This document shows, piece after piece, positions 38,860 to 51,182 of a DNA stretch of 64,000 nucleotides; within the stretch, counting starts at the first letter, position 1; every line of letters starts with the position of its first letter. Under the pieces are notes generated by a model, which worked only from the letters and a program-made list of their open reading frames with translations, had not been told where the DNA came from and did not search any database. The stretch is from Candidatus Gottesmanbacteria bacterium (GTDB lineage: Bacteria > Patescibacteriota > Microgenomatia > JACOXO01): NCBI GenBank assembly GCA_016182365.1, contig JACOXO010000014.1:2294-66293 (forward strand), read 5' to 3'. The translations under genes were made by a program, and so were the position numbers.

Positions 38860-41800
38860 TTTTGTTCATCTTCATGTTCACAGTGAATATTCACTTCTAG
38901 ATGGTCTAGTTAAAATTCCCGATCTTATTAAGAGAGTTAAAGAATACCAAATGGATTCTATTGCTATTACCGATCACGGTGCTATGTATGGCGCTTTCAA
39001 ATTTTATCTAAAAGCAAAAGAAATGGGTGTTAAGCCAATTATAGGAATGGAAGCTTATGTTGCTAAAAGGTCCCGTTTTGATAAGGAAACAAATGTTGAT
39101 AATGATAGATATCATTTGCTTTTACTTGCCAAAAACAATATAGGGTATAAAAATTTGATGAAATTAACCACAAAATCTCATTTGGAGGGTTTTTATTATA
39201 AGCCAAGAGTTGATGATCAGATTTTGCAGGAATACCACGAGGGAATAATTGCCCTTTCAGGTTGTCTGCAGGGAGAGATCCCATCGTTACTAGCGAATGC
39301 AGAGGATGAAAAAGCACGGGAAAAAGCAATAAAATATTTAAGATTATTCGGTGAAGGCAATTTTTATATCGAAATCCAAAACCATCCGCAAATTCCAAAA
39401 ATTGAGGAAGTTAGCAAAAAACTGGTTAAGCTCTCAAGAGATTTAGGAATCCCTTTAGTTGCCACCAATGATGTTCATTATCTTAATAAAGATGATGCGG
39501 AAGCACAGGAAATTTTACTTTGTGTACAGACCCAAAGAACCATTCTAGAAAACAATAGACCACTTTCCATGATAAGTTCCCCTGATTTTTATTTAAGAAG
39601 CCCTGATGAAATGAAAAAACTTTTTGCTCAGTATCCTGAGGCTATTAAAAATACAGTTGAGATAGCCAAAAAATGTGATGTATCAATTCCCTACGGTCAG
39701 TGGATACTTCCAATATTTCCGGTACCCGTAGGATTTACAGGTGAAACATACTTGCGCAAAATGGTTGAGGATAGGGTAGCTGACAGGTTCGAAACAATAA
39801 CGCCTGAAATTAGAAAACGGATTGAATATGAACTTGACATTATTTGTAAAAAAGGTTTTGCAACATACTTTTTGATTGTCCAGGATTTTGTAAATTGGGC
39901 AAAACAGCAAGGGATAAGAGTTGGTCCGGGTAGGGGCAGTGTTGCTGGAAGCATGGTTGCATATATTTTAAGAATAACTTCCCTTAATCCTATGGTTCAT
40001 GGTCTTCCTTTTGAAAGGTTTTTAAATCCAGACAGGCCATCTCCGCCTGACATTGACTTGGATTTTGCCGATGACAGAAGAGATGAAGTTATAGCCTATG
40101 TTACCAAAAAATATGGTGTTGAAAAGGTTGCCCAAATTATTACTTTTGGAACAATGGAAGCCAGGGCCGCTGTAAGAGATGCCGGAAGGGCTCTTGGTAT
40201 GCCCTATTCCGCTCCAGATAGAATTGCCAAACTTATTCCTCCTGGGGCGCAGGGTTTCCCGATGTCAATTGAAAAAGCCCTGACAATAGTTGCCGAACTT
40301 AAAAGCGCGTATGATAATGAACCAGAAACCAAAAGACTTCTGGATCTGGCCCGCAAACTTGAAAAAATTTCCCGCCATGCATCCACCCATGCTGCAGGTG
40401 TAGTTATTTCGGACCGGGATCTTACAGATTATACTCCGCTTCAAAGGGAGGTAAAAGGAGACAGAATTGTTACCCAATATGATATGTATTCATTGGATGT
40501 TAATGCAGCTTCGGAGGGTAAAGCTATAGGCCTTCTTAAAATGGATTTTTTGGGACTTAGGAACTTAACTATCCTTCAAAATGCCATCAATTTTGTCAAA
40601 GTTAACAGAGGACTGGATATTGATTTATCCTCAGTTACTTTAGATGACAAGGCAGCATATAAAGTCATTCAGGATGGAAATACAACAGGAGTTTTCCAAC
40701 TTGAGTCTGGAGGTATGCGAAGGCTGGCCCAAGATCTAAAACCAAATAAATTCTCAGACATCTCAGCTATGGTTGCTTTATTTAGACCAGGCCCTATGGA
40801 TTGGATTCCAGATTTTATTGCCGCCAAAGAAAATCCCAGAAAGATAAAATATCCTCATCCGGCTTTAAAACCGATTCTTGCCGAAACCTACGGTATCGCC
40901 GTTTATCAGGAGCAGTGTATGCAAATAGCTAACTCGATGGCAGGTTTTACTATGGCTGAGGCAGATGGACTTCGGAAGGCCATAGGTAAGAAAAAACCGG
41001 AGTTAATGAAAAAAGAGCGGGAAAAGTTTATTAAGGGATGTATTAAACAAGGATATTCTAAAGAAATTGCCGAAAAAGTATTTTCGCTTATTGAACAATT
41101 TGTTGGATACGGATTTAATAAGGCACATTCGGCCTCCTATGCTTTAGTTGCTTATCAGACTGCCTACATGAAAGCAAATTATCCGGTTGAATTTATGACA
41201 GCTGTTTTAACTGCTGAGTCTCACGGAAGTTCAGGTCCAATTCGTGAAGAAAAGCTAGCCCAAGCTGTTGATGAGTGTAGGAGGATGAATATAATTTTAT
41301 TACCAGCAGATATTAATAAGTCGCAAGTTGATTTTGCAATTGAAAAATACCAGGGGCGCGATACGATAAGACTAGGGCTATCTGCTATTAAAAACGTAGG
41401 TACTGCGGCAATAACATCAATTCTTGAGGCAAGGGAAAATGGAGCATTTACATCACTTTCCGAGTTCTGCAAAAGAGTAGACACACAAAAAGTAAATAAA
41501 AAAGTTTTGGAAAGTCTTATTAAAGTTGGGGCGCTTGATAATTTTGGTAATAGAGCCAGCCAACTATCTGCGTTGCCTGAAATTTTATCAACAGCCCAAA
41601 AGGAAAAAAAGAAACTAGAAACAGGGCAGTTCTCGTTATTTTCTGAAAACGATAATGAAAATGGGGGAGCCAGTACCTTGCCTAGTTTTGATGAGTTTAG
41701 CCAAAAAGAAAAATTAAGATTTGAAAAAGAACTTTTAGGTTTTTATTTCTCTGCTCATCCCCTAACCCCTGTCCTTAAGATTATTGATAAGAAAGCAACT

Positions 41801-42082
41801 CATAAGCTAAAAGATTTAGATACAGCAATTCTAAAACCAGTGATTGTGGGAGGGATTATTACAAGAGTTAAAAAAATAATGACCAAAAAAAGCAATCAGG
41901 AAATGGCATTTGTAAAAATCGAAGACATTTCCGGATCAGCTGAATTGGTTGTATTTCCAAAATTCTTTTCCCGCACAAGGCATATCTGGATAACTGACCA
42001 AGCAGTATTGGTTGCGGGAAAACTTGACTCACGAGGTGATAGGACTAGTCTCATTGTTGAAAAAGCCTCGCTCTTGACGTAA
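38852..42082 (+). CDS. dnaE: DNA polymerase III alpha subunit
   Basis: [34 protein letters not shown]. Confidence 0.98.
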   Translation: MADFVHLHVHSEYSLLDGLVKIPDLIKRVKEYQMDSIAITDHGAMYGAFKFYLKAKEMGVKPIIGMEAYVAKRSRFDKETNVDNDRYHLLLLAKNNIGYKNLMKLTTKSHLEGFYYKPRVDDQILQEYHEGIIALSGCLQGEIPSLLANAEDEKAREKAIKYLRLFGEGNFYIEIQNHPQIPKIEEVSKKLVKLSRDLGIPLVATNDVHYLNKDDAEAQEILLCVQTQRTILENNRPLSMISSPDFYLRSPDEMKKLFAQYPEAIKNTVEIAKKCDVSIPYGQWILPIFPVPVGFTGETYLRKMVEDRVADRFETITPEIRKRIEYELDIICKKGFATYFLIVQDFVNWAKQQGIRVGPGRGSVAGSMVAYILRITSLNPMVHGLPFERFLNPDRPSPPDIDLDFADDRRDEVIAYVTKKYGVEKVAQIITFGTMEARAAVRDAGRALGMPYSAPDRIAKLIPPGAQGFPMSIEKALTIVAELKSAYDNEPETKRLLDLARKLEKISRHASTHAAGVVISDRDLTDYTPLQREVKGDRIVTQYDMYSLDVNAASEGKAIGLLKMDFLGLRNLTILQNAINFVKVNRGLDIDLSSVTLDDKAAYKVIQDGNTTGVFQLESGGMRRLAQDLKPNKFSDISAMVALFRPGPMDWIPDFIAAKENPRKIKYPHPALKPILAETYGIAVYQEQCMQIANSMAGFTMAEADGLRKAIGKKKPELMKKEREKFIKGCIKQGYSKEIAEKVFSLIEQFVGYGFNKAHSASYALVAYQTAYMKANYPVEFMTAVLTAESHGSSGPIREEKLAQAVDECRRMNIILLPADINKSQVDFAIEKYQGRDTIRLGLSAIKNVGTAAITSILEARENGAFTSLSEFCKRVDTQKVNKKVLESLIKVGALDNFGNRASQLSALPEILSTAQKEKKKLETGQFSLFSENDNENGGASTLPSFDEFSQKEKLRFEKELLGFYFSAHPLTPVLKIIDKKATHKLKDLDTAILKPVIVGGIITRVKKIMTKKSNQEMAFVKIEDISGSAELVVFPKFFSRTRHIWITDQAVLVAGKLDSRGDRTSLIVEKASLLT

Positions 42083-42102
42083 GTAACGTTAGATCTTACA
42101 AT
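42074..42102 (+). promoter_or_regulatory. Sigma70 promoter of atp operon
   Basis: TTGACG-N17-TACAAT. Confidence 0.6.
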
Positions 42103-42112
42103 ATGAGTGTGG

Positions 42113-42385
42113 ATGACCGCTGAGAAAACTCCCGACGTAAAAGTCGGGATCCCGACACAAAGTCGTCGGGATAAAAAAAATGAATCGATGTTTTTATCGG
42201 TTCTTGCTGTTGGTTCGCAGTTGGGTTTCACAATAAGTTTTCCAATTGCGGGAGGAGTTTTATTAGGAGTATTTCTCGATAAGAAATTAGGTACCGCGCC
42301 TAGCTTAACACTTTTATTATTGGGATTAGGAGTGGTTGTTAGTTTTATAACATTATTTAGGATATTAAAAGAATTTAATAAATAG
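42113..42385 (+). CDS. AtpZ/AtpI-family ATP synthase accessory protein with a 14-aa repeat-derived insert
   Basis: GFTIS.PI..G..LG..LDK.LGT.P motif; first gene of the atp operon. Confidence 0.8.
   Translation: MTAEKTPDVKVGIPTQSRRDKKNESMFLSVLAVGSQLGFTISFPIAGGVLLGVFLDKKLGTAPSLTLLLLGLGVVVSFITLFRILKEFNK
42130..42171. repeat. In-frame 42-bp TCCCGAC..GTCGGGA doublet
   Basis: TCCCGAC-GTAAAA-GTCGGGA followed by TCCCGAC-ACAAAGTC-GTCGGGA. Confidence 0.9.
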
Positions 42386-42391
42386 TATTAC

Positions 42392-43123
42392 ATGCCGCAT
42401 ATATCTATAACAGCAGAGCCTATTGGCAAGATATTTGGTTTAACCATAACCAACTCCATCCTTACAACTTGGGTAGTGATGCTTCTTCTTATTATCCTAG
42501 GGGTTTTAGTCTCCACATCATTTAAAACAATTCCTGGTAATTTTCAAAGTGTAGGAGAATTAGTCATTACTGGTCTTCACAATCTTTTCAAGAGCATAAT
42601 AGGTGAGGATAAAATAAATAAATTCTTCCCGCTTCTTGCAACATTTTTCCTTTTTATAATTGCAGCAAACTGGATAGGGCTTCTTCCTGGTGTAGGAACT
42701 ATAGGAGTTAAAGAAGAAGAAAAACTGATTCCCTTGTTTCGTGGTCCTACTGCTGATTTAAATACCACACTTGCTCTTGCCTTAATCGCTGTGTTTGTTG
42801 TCCAATATTACGGAATAAAATCAGTTGGTTCTAAAATTTATCTTTCAAAGTTTTTAAACTTTAAAAACCCAATTCTTTTTTTCGTTGGTATTCTTGAATT
42901 TATTTCCGAGGTTGCTCGAATACTATCATTTGCTTTCCGACTATTTGGAAACATATTTGCAGGAGAAGTACTGCTTGCAGTTATCGCATTTTTGATACCA
43001 CTTATAGTACCATTGCCTTTCTTAGGACTTGAAGTTTTTGTCGGATTTATTCAAGCTTTGGTGTTTGCTATGTTAACTGCAGTATTTTTGGCTGTTGCTA
43101 CAAGTGAACACGCCGAACATTAA
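42392..43123 (+). CDS. atpB: ATP synthase subunit a
   Basis: PTADLN, SFAFRLFGNIFAGE, IQA.VF. Confidence 0.97.
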   Translation: MPHISITAEPIGKIFGLTITNSILTTWVVMLLLIILGVLVSTSFKTIPGNFQSVGELVITGLHNLFKSIIGEDKINKFFPLLATFFLFIIAANWIGLLPGVGTIGVKEEEKLIPLFRGPTADLNTTLALALIAVFVVQYYGIKSVGSKIYLSKFLNFKNPILFFVGILEFISEVARILSFAFRLFGNIFAGEVLLAVIAFLIPLIVPLPFLGLEVFVGFIQALVFAMLTAVFLAVATSEHAEH

Positions 43124-43154
43124 ATATTAATTTTAATAAAGGGGGTGACTTTAA

Positions 43155-43376
<222 letters not shown>

Positions 43377-43392
43377 CTAGTTTTAAATTGTT

Positions 43393-43887
43393 ATGGACAA
43401 ACTTGGAATAAATCCAACATACTTACTAACACAGATAATAAACTTTGTCATATTACTTGTGATTTTGACAAAGCTTGTTTATAAGCCAATGTTGACTTCA
43501 CTTGAGAAAAGAAGAAAAAAGATTGAAGAGGGTTTGGCTCTTACCCAGAGAATGAATGAGGAAAAAGAAGTCTTGGAATCAAAAAAGAAAAAAATCGTAC
43601 TTGAGGCTCAAAAGGAGGCAAGAGATATTATCGAAAAAGCCCGGGAGGCCGGGAAAAAGGAAGAACAGGAAATTATTGCTGAGGCGAATCAAAAAGCACA
43701 AGGTGTAATTGAAAAAACAAATAAAGAGCTTAAGGCAAAAGAAAAGGAGTTAGAAGCAAAAGTTTCGAGAGATGCAGTTGATATAGCAACCCAGCTGACT
43801 TTAAGGTTAATTGGTGAAGTTTTAGACAAAAACAAACAGGAAGCTCTTTTGAAAAAAAGGCTTTCCCAATTTATTAACAAAAAATAA
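43393..43887 (+). CDS. atpF: ATP synthase subunit b
   Basis: QIINF transmembrane helix, KP..LEKR, coiled coil. Confidence 0.95.
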   Translation: MDKLGINPTYLLTQIINFVILLVILTKLVYKPMLTSLEKRRKKIEEGLALTQRMNEEKEVLESKKKKIVLEAQKEARDIIEKAREAGKKEEQEIIAEANQKAQGVIEKTNKELKAKEKELEAKVSRDAVDIATQLTLRLIGEVLDKNKQEALLKKRLSQFINKK

Positions 43888-43900
43888 TTCTGATCTAAAA

Positions 43901-44245
43901 ATGGCACGTCTACCTAAAAATGAAATAGTATCTGGAGTTATAGATTTTATAAAAGACACAAATGATTTAACTGTGGCTAGGGAGGTTGTTGAAAAATTAG
44001 AGGCGCATCAGTCAAGTAAATCAAAAGAAGCTGTTGTGATAAGTTCATCTGAAATAGACATCGTGGGTAAACAAAAGCTGGAGAAAAAACTAAAAAAGGA
44101 TTTTGGGGATAAGATAACAATTGTATATAAAGTCGAAAGCAAAATCCTGGGGGGAATTATTATACAGGTTGGCGATTGGGTATACGATAATTCTGTATCC
44201 GGTCAATTAGAAAATTTTAAACAAACTTTGTATGGCACAATCTAA
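43901..44245 (+). CDS. atpH: ATP synthase subunit delta (short form)
   Basis: [17 protein letters not shown]-terminal delta motif; operon position. Confidence 0.85.
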   Translation: MARLPKNEIVSGVIDFIKDTNDLTVAREVVEKLEAHQSSKSKEAVVISSSEIDIVGKQKLEKKLKKDFGDKITIVYKVESKILGGIIIQVGDWVYDNSVSGQLENFKQTLYGTI

Positions 44246-45767
44246 AAATATTACTTCTTATATTCTTGAAAGCATCAAGAAGTATCAACCCAGCTCAACT
44301 ACAAAAAGAGTTGGACAGGTTATTGCAGTTAGCGACGGTGTTGCCTATGCGTCAGGTCTTCACGAAGTAGCTTATTCAGAACTGGTTAAATTCCAGAATG
44401 GAGTATACGGAGTCACCTTAAATCTTGAAAAAACCAAAGTTGGAGTTATTATTTTGGGTGAATGGACAGGTATTTCAGAGGGAACGGAAGTAGAAGCAAC
44501 TGGCAAACTTCTTTCAGTTCCTGTTGGCGATGAGCTAATCGGCCGGGTTGTTGATCCGCTTGGGAGAGCAATTGACGGCAAAGGCCGCCTGAACCTTAAA
44601 AAATTTAATCCAATTGAGAAAATTGCTCCTGATGTTACCAAAAGATATCCTGTTACAACTCCGGTTCAGACAGGTATTATGGCAATTGACGGCATGATTC
44701 CGGTAGGCCGTGGACAAAGAGAACTTATTATTGGGGACAGGGGGGTAGGTAAAACAGCAATTGTTCTGGATACTATTATAAATCAGAAAAAGCAAAACCT
44801 TGTTTGTATTTATGTTGCCATTGGCCAAAAAACTTCCCGTATTGCCCAAGTCGTTGACAGTCTAAATAAGTATGGTGCCATGGATTACACAATTGTAGTT
44901 TCGGCCTCAGCTGCAGACCCGGCAAGTTATCAGTACCTGGCTCCCTACACAGGATGCGCAATTGGAGAATACTTTTTGGATAAAGGCAAAGATGCTTTGG
45001 TTATTTATGATGATTTATCAAAACATGCTTGGGCATACAGGCAAATCTCCCTTATATTACGCCGTCCATCAGGAAGAGAAGCATATCCTGGTGACATATT
45101 TTATCTCCATTCCAGGTTACTTGAAAGGGCATGCCGACTTGATCAGAAATACGGTGGTGGATCACTCACAGCTTTGCCAATTATTGAAACCCAGGCTGGA
45201 GATGTGTCGGCATATATTCCTACAAACGTCATTTCCATAACAGATGGGCAGATTTTTTTAGAGGGCGATCTGTTTTATGCAGGAATTAGACCTGCAATTA
45301 ATGTTGGTATTTCAGTCTCTCGTGTGGGTGGAAATGCCCAAATTAAAGCTATGAAGCAAGTAGCTGGATCGATGAGACTTGATCTTGCCCAGTATAGAGC
45401 CTTAGCGTCATTCTCCCAGTTTGCTTCAGATTTAGATCCTAAAACCAGAGCTCAACTTGATCGGGGTATCAGGATGCAGGAGTTATTAAAGCAGCCGCAG
45501 TATGAGCCCACCCCCGTTAATATTCAGGTAGCTATTATTTATGCTGCCAATAAAGGAATGTTTGATTTAGTTTCTGTTGATAAAGTCGCTAAGTTAAAAG
45601 AAGAATTCATAAGCTTTATTAAAACAGAAAACAAAATTCTAAAAGCAATTATTAATGAACAGAAAGTGTCATCAGACATCGAAAAAAGTCTGGATAATGC
45701 AATTGATAAATTCCAAAAGCAATACATGCCAATAGAACAAGAGATCAAAAGAACAAAAGAACAATAA
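44232..45767 (+). CDS. atpA: ATP synthase subunit alpha
   Basis: [24 protein letters not shown]. Confidence 0.98.
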   Translation: MAQSKNITSYILESIKKYQPSSTTKRVGQVIAVSDGVAYASGLHEVAYSELVKFQNGVYGVTLNLEKTKVGVIILGEWTGISEGTEVEATGKLLSVPVGDELIGRVVDPLGRAIDGKGRLNLKKFNPIEKIAPDVTKRYPVTTPVQTGIMAIDGMIPVGRGQRELIIGDRGVGKTAIVLDTIINQKKQNLVCIYVAIGQKTSRIAQVVDSLNKYGAMDYTIVVSASAADPASYQYLAPYTGCAIGEYFLDKGKDALVIYDDLSKHAWAYRQISLILRRPSGREAYPGDIFYLHSRLLERACRLDQKYGGGSLTALPIIETQAGDVSAYIPTNVISITDGQIFLEGDLFYAGIRPAINVGISVSRVGGNAQIKAMKQVAGSMRLDLAQYRALASFSQFASDLDPKTRAQLDRGIRMQELLKQPQYEPTPVNIQVAIIYAANKGMFDLVSVDKVAKLKEEFISFIKTENKILKAIINEQKVSSDIEKSLDNAIDKFQKQYMPIEQEIKRTKEQ

Positions 45768-45814
45768 AAATTATTATTTTTGATCAATTGATCCTATGAT
45801 CTTTTGATCTTATG
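45730..45814. repeat. Two oppositely oriented 8-mer tandem arrays at the atpA/atpG junction
   Basis: CAATAGAA-CAAGAGAT-CAAAAGAA-CAAAAGAA (45730-45761) and ATCAATTG-ATCCTATG-ATCTTTTG-ATCTTATG (45783-45814). Confidence 0.75.
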
Positions 45815-45819
45815 AACAT

Positions 45820-48481
<2,662 letters not shown>

Positions 48482-48583
48482 AAAAGAATTCACAAGAATT
48501 CACACCCCACGAGTGTGATTGAGGATACACCTTCGGAAGAAAGATTGTTCTAATGTTTCGAAACATAGAAACAATAACGAGAA

Positions 48584-48619
48584 AAGAAAAACCCGCTGCA
48601 GACGGGCGGGTATTTCTTT
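48584..48619. terminator. Probable bidirectional intrinsic terminator
   Basis: ACCCGC..GCGGGT stem with A-rich left flank and T-rich right flank, between convergent genes. Confidence 0.6.
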
Positions 48620-48638
48620 ACTATTCCTACGCACCTCA

Positions 48639-50249
48639 TTATTTAGGAGGCGGTGGAACTAGACATGTTATATTTCCTGATTGATTTCCAGCCAAATCCA
48701 CTCCATAGACAAGCGCATCACTATTAAGCGTAATGTGAGCAACGATTGCTCCAGCTTGTCCATTGGTACTTCCCATCGGTTTTGAAGATGGTGTTGTTCC
48801 AGGAGCTTCAGTAATTTTCACCTTATCAAGGCTTGAAAATGGTCCAAAAGGACCACTTCCTAAGGCATCAGTGATAAAGATACTGACTAAGCCGGGAATA
48901 TTATCCCGTCCAAAAAGCTCGTAGAAACCATCCTCGTTTTGTCCACCTCTTGATCCTGGTAATGTTGTACTACCAGCTGGTGGAACATTCTTTCCGTGCG
49001 GATTAACTGTCTCTGTACAGCTTACTTTTGGTGGTGTAGTATCAATCCACTCTTTTTCTGCTCTGGCACAATGTTCTACTCCAGCCTCATCGGTAAAGCA
49101 GGCCTGAATAACATCAGTTCCTACTGAACCATTGCTTTGATATGTCCACGACACCTGGCCGCTTCCATCAGTTGTACAATCGGCATTTACACTACAGGTT
49201 CCAGTTGCTCCAGTGTTTGGTCCTGAAGTTACACTAAAGTTAACCAAAACGTTGGGAACCGGATTTCCTCCAGCTGTAACTGTGGCAGTAACTGTATGTT
49301 CAGTTCCTGCTGGGTTGGTGTCAGTTGGCGGGTCTAAGGTGATCCCTGGTTGACTAACTGTTGGCTCACCAAAAATAGCAAGACCTGCTAAACTTGGTCC
49401 AACAACTGCGGCAGTAAATACTGGTGCACCTGTTCCTAGTCCTGATGCAATATCTACTTTATAGATATTTCTAGTACTATATCCTCCAGTCCAGAAATGG
49501 GTACCGTTCGGATCCAAATTCATAGCAAATAAAAATTCCCCTCCGATTGGATATGTTTGCATCGGATTACCAGCCGCATCAAGTCTGTATGTTTGAGTAC
49601 TACAGGTAACCATTACTTCACTATTGCCCCGAATTCTAAGAGCAAAACAAGGACCTGTTAGACCGGTTGCAAAGTCTGGGTTCTGAGTATTGGTACAGAC
49701 GTCAAAACTATGAACTGTACTTCCTTCTGATGTATACAACATTGTACATTGATCAGCTGAAAGATCGATCCAGTCAACACCCCTAGGTCCAGTTGTTGGG
49801 GAAAAGCTTCCCAATGAGTTACCAGCTGAATCCCATTTTCTGATCTGTTCGGCACCATCAACTTCACCAGTATAGATGTTTCCTGCTCCATCGACTACAC
49901 AAGATTCTGGGCGTAGTCCAAATGGCCCTGCCCAAGGATGAGTAAGGACACCACCCATATTGTCAAATTTTGTCATGTTTTGAGCAGTAAAATTGGTGCT
50001 ATATAAGTTACTTGAAGCATCAAAGCACATTCCAGTTTGCTCACTACTTCCGCTTGTTGTATTCAGCACTTCAATCAAAGCCCCTGTTTGGTCATAACGA
50101 TAGATCTGACCACCTCCAACACCGGCAAATATATCACCTGTTGCATAAGGAATATGATTTGCTTGGGTTGTTTTAGGATGAACAGAAGATAAAATGACAG
50201 CCGCTATCAAGAACACTCCTAACCATATTGCTTTTTTTAACATTCTCAT
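48639..50249 (-). CDS. Secreted protein with beta-propeller-like repeats and an Ig-like domain
   Basis: Signal peptide; FDASSNLY and VDGAGNIY blades; VTATV..GNPV...VNF.V and TTDGSG Big-1-like motifs; strong SD GGAGGAGGTGA. Confidence 0.7.
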   Translation of the reverse strand: MRMLKKAIWLGVFLIAAVILSSVHPKTTQANHIPYATGDIFAGVGGGQIYRYDQTGALIEVLNTTSGSSEQTGMCFDASSNLYSTNFTAQNMTKFDNMGGVLTHPWAGPFGLRPESCVVDGAGNIYTGEVDGAEQIRKWDSAGNSLGSFSPTTGPRGVDWIDLSADQCTMLYTSEGSTVHSFDVCTNTQNPDFATGLTGPCFALRIRGNSEVMVTCSTQTYRLDAAGNPMQTYPIGGEFLFAMNLDPNGTHFWTGGYSTRNIYKVDIASGLGTGAPVFTAAVVGPSLAGLAIFGEPTVSQPGITLDPPTDTNPAGTEHTVTATVTAGGNPVPNVLVNFSVTSGPNTGATGTCSVNADCTTDGSGQVSWTYQSNGSVGTDVIQACFTDEAGVEHCARAEKEWIDTTPPKVSCTETVNPHGKNVPPAGSTTLPGSRGGQNEDGFYELFGRDNIPGLVSIFITDALGSGPFGPFSSLDKVKITEAPGTTPSSKPMGSTNGQAGAIVAHITLNSDALVYGVDLAGNQSGNITCLVPPPPK

Positions 50250-50274
50250 GTATATTCACCTCCTCCTTTTTTAA

Positions 50275-50441
50275 AACCCACCTGTCTGCTAAGGTGGGTT
50301 CATTACTCAAATATAAAGATATGTTTTCTCCAGTAGGGCATACAACGTAATATAGATCACATATTATACTTTGTCAATAAAATTAATAACCCCCAAATTC
50401 AAACCAGAGGTGCCACCTCAATTCCACCTCTAAGGTGGAAT
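50275..50441. repeat. Cluster of CACCT...AGGTG hairpins
   Basis: AACCCACCT..AGGTGGGTT (50275-50300), GAGGTG-C-CACCTC (50407-50419), ATTCCACCT-CTA-AGGTGGAAT (50421-50441). Confidence 0.7.
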
Positions 50442-50472
50442 AGATTCGCCACCTTGGGTAAATTTACTTAGC

Positions 50473-50501
50473 TTGACACAAATTACAAATGAGAATAGTA
50501 T
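50473..50501 (+). promoter_or_regulatory. Sigma70 promoter of the CBS gene
   Basis: TTGACA-N17-TAGTAT. Confidence 0.6.
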
Positions 50502-50519
50502 AGCGTAGGGGTTTATAGC

Positions 50520-50969
50520 ATGAAAGTTTGGCAGGTGATGCAGAAAAATCCGCTAGTTATTACTCCTGACACAAATTTTTCTCAGGCCTGGGACTTACTT
50601 TTCCAAAAACATAAACATTCACTGCCTGTAGTTGATAAAAAAAATAAATTGGTTGGGATTGTGGCAATAGAGGATGTAGTAAAACAGCTTTACCCCAGTT
50701 ATTCAGATACGCTGGAGGAATTCTTGCAAGAATCAACTTTTGATGATTTAGAGGATAAAATTGATGATATTAAATACAAAAAAGTTGAGAAATTTATGAA
50801 TAAACTTGTTGTTTGTACTTTCAAAGATGACCCGGCCTTAAAAGCATTATCTAAAATGGTTGTAAAAAGGGTTAGACAACTTCCGGTTATTGATTACGAT
50901 GAAACATTACTTGGCATTGTCTCAAAAAGGGATATTTTTGATAAGTTGTTCAGGTCCAAAAAAAGCTAA
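50520..50969 (+). CDS. CBS domain protein
   Basis: LPVVD...LVGIV and LPVID...LLGIVS tandem CBS motifs. Confidence 0.9.
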   Translation: MKVWQVMQKNPLVITPDTNFSQAWDLLFQKHKHSLPVVDKKNKLVGIVAIEDVVKQLYPSYSDTLEEFLQESTFDDLEDKIDDIKYKKVEKFMNKLVVCTFKDDPALKALSKMVVKRVRQLPVIDYDETLLGIVSKRDIFDKLFRSKKS

Positions 50970-50985
50970 TTTTGCAATTTCCCTG

Positions 50986-51182
50986 TTGACAAGAGGGGGG
51001 CTTGTTGATAATATAAAATCCCGAAAGCATAAAGCGATCGGGCTTTTTGTTGCAAGAGTTAACGAGCCGCCAGCCGGCGGAGAGTTTTACTTTTGCAACA
51101 TCCTCCTAAAATCGCACCGTGAGCCGTGTTCGAATGAACTGAAAAGGCGAACGGGAAGATTAGGAGGATAACATAAAAACAC
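50986..51182 (+). promoter_or_regulatory. Promoter and structured 5' leader of the pyrG-pur operon
   Basis: TTGACA at 50986 with TAATAT 17 nt downstream; three successive hairpins, the last pairing ATCCTCCTAA (51100-51109) with TTAGGAGGAT (51160-51169). Confidence 0.55.
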
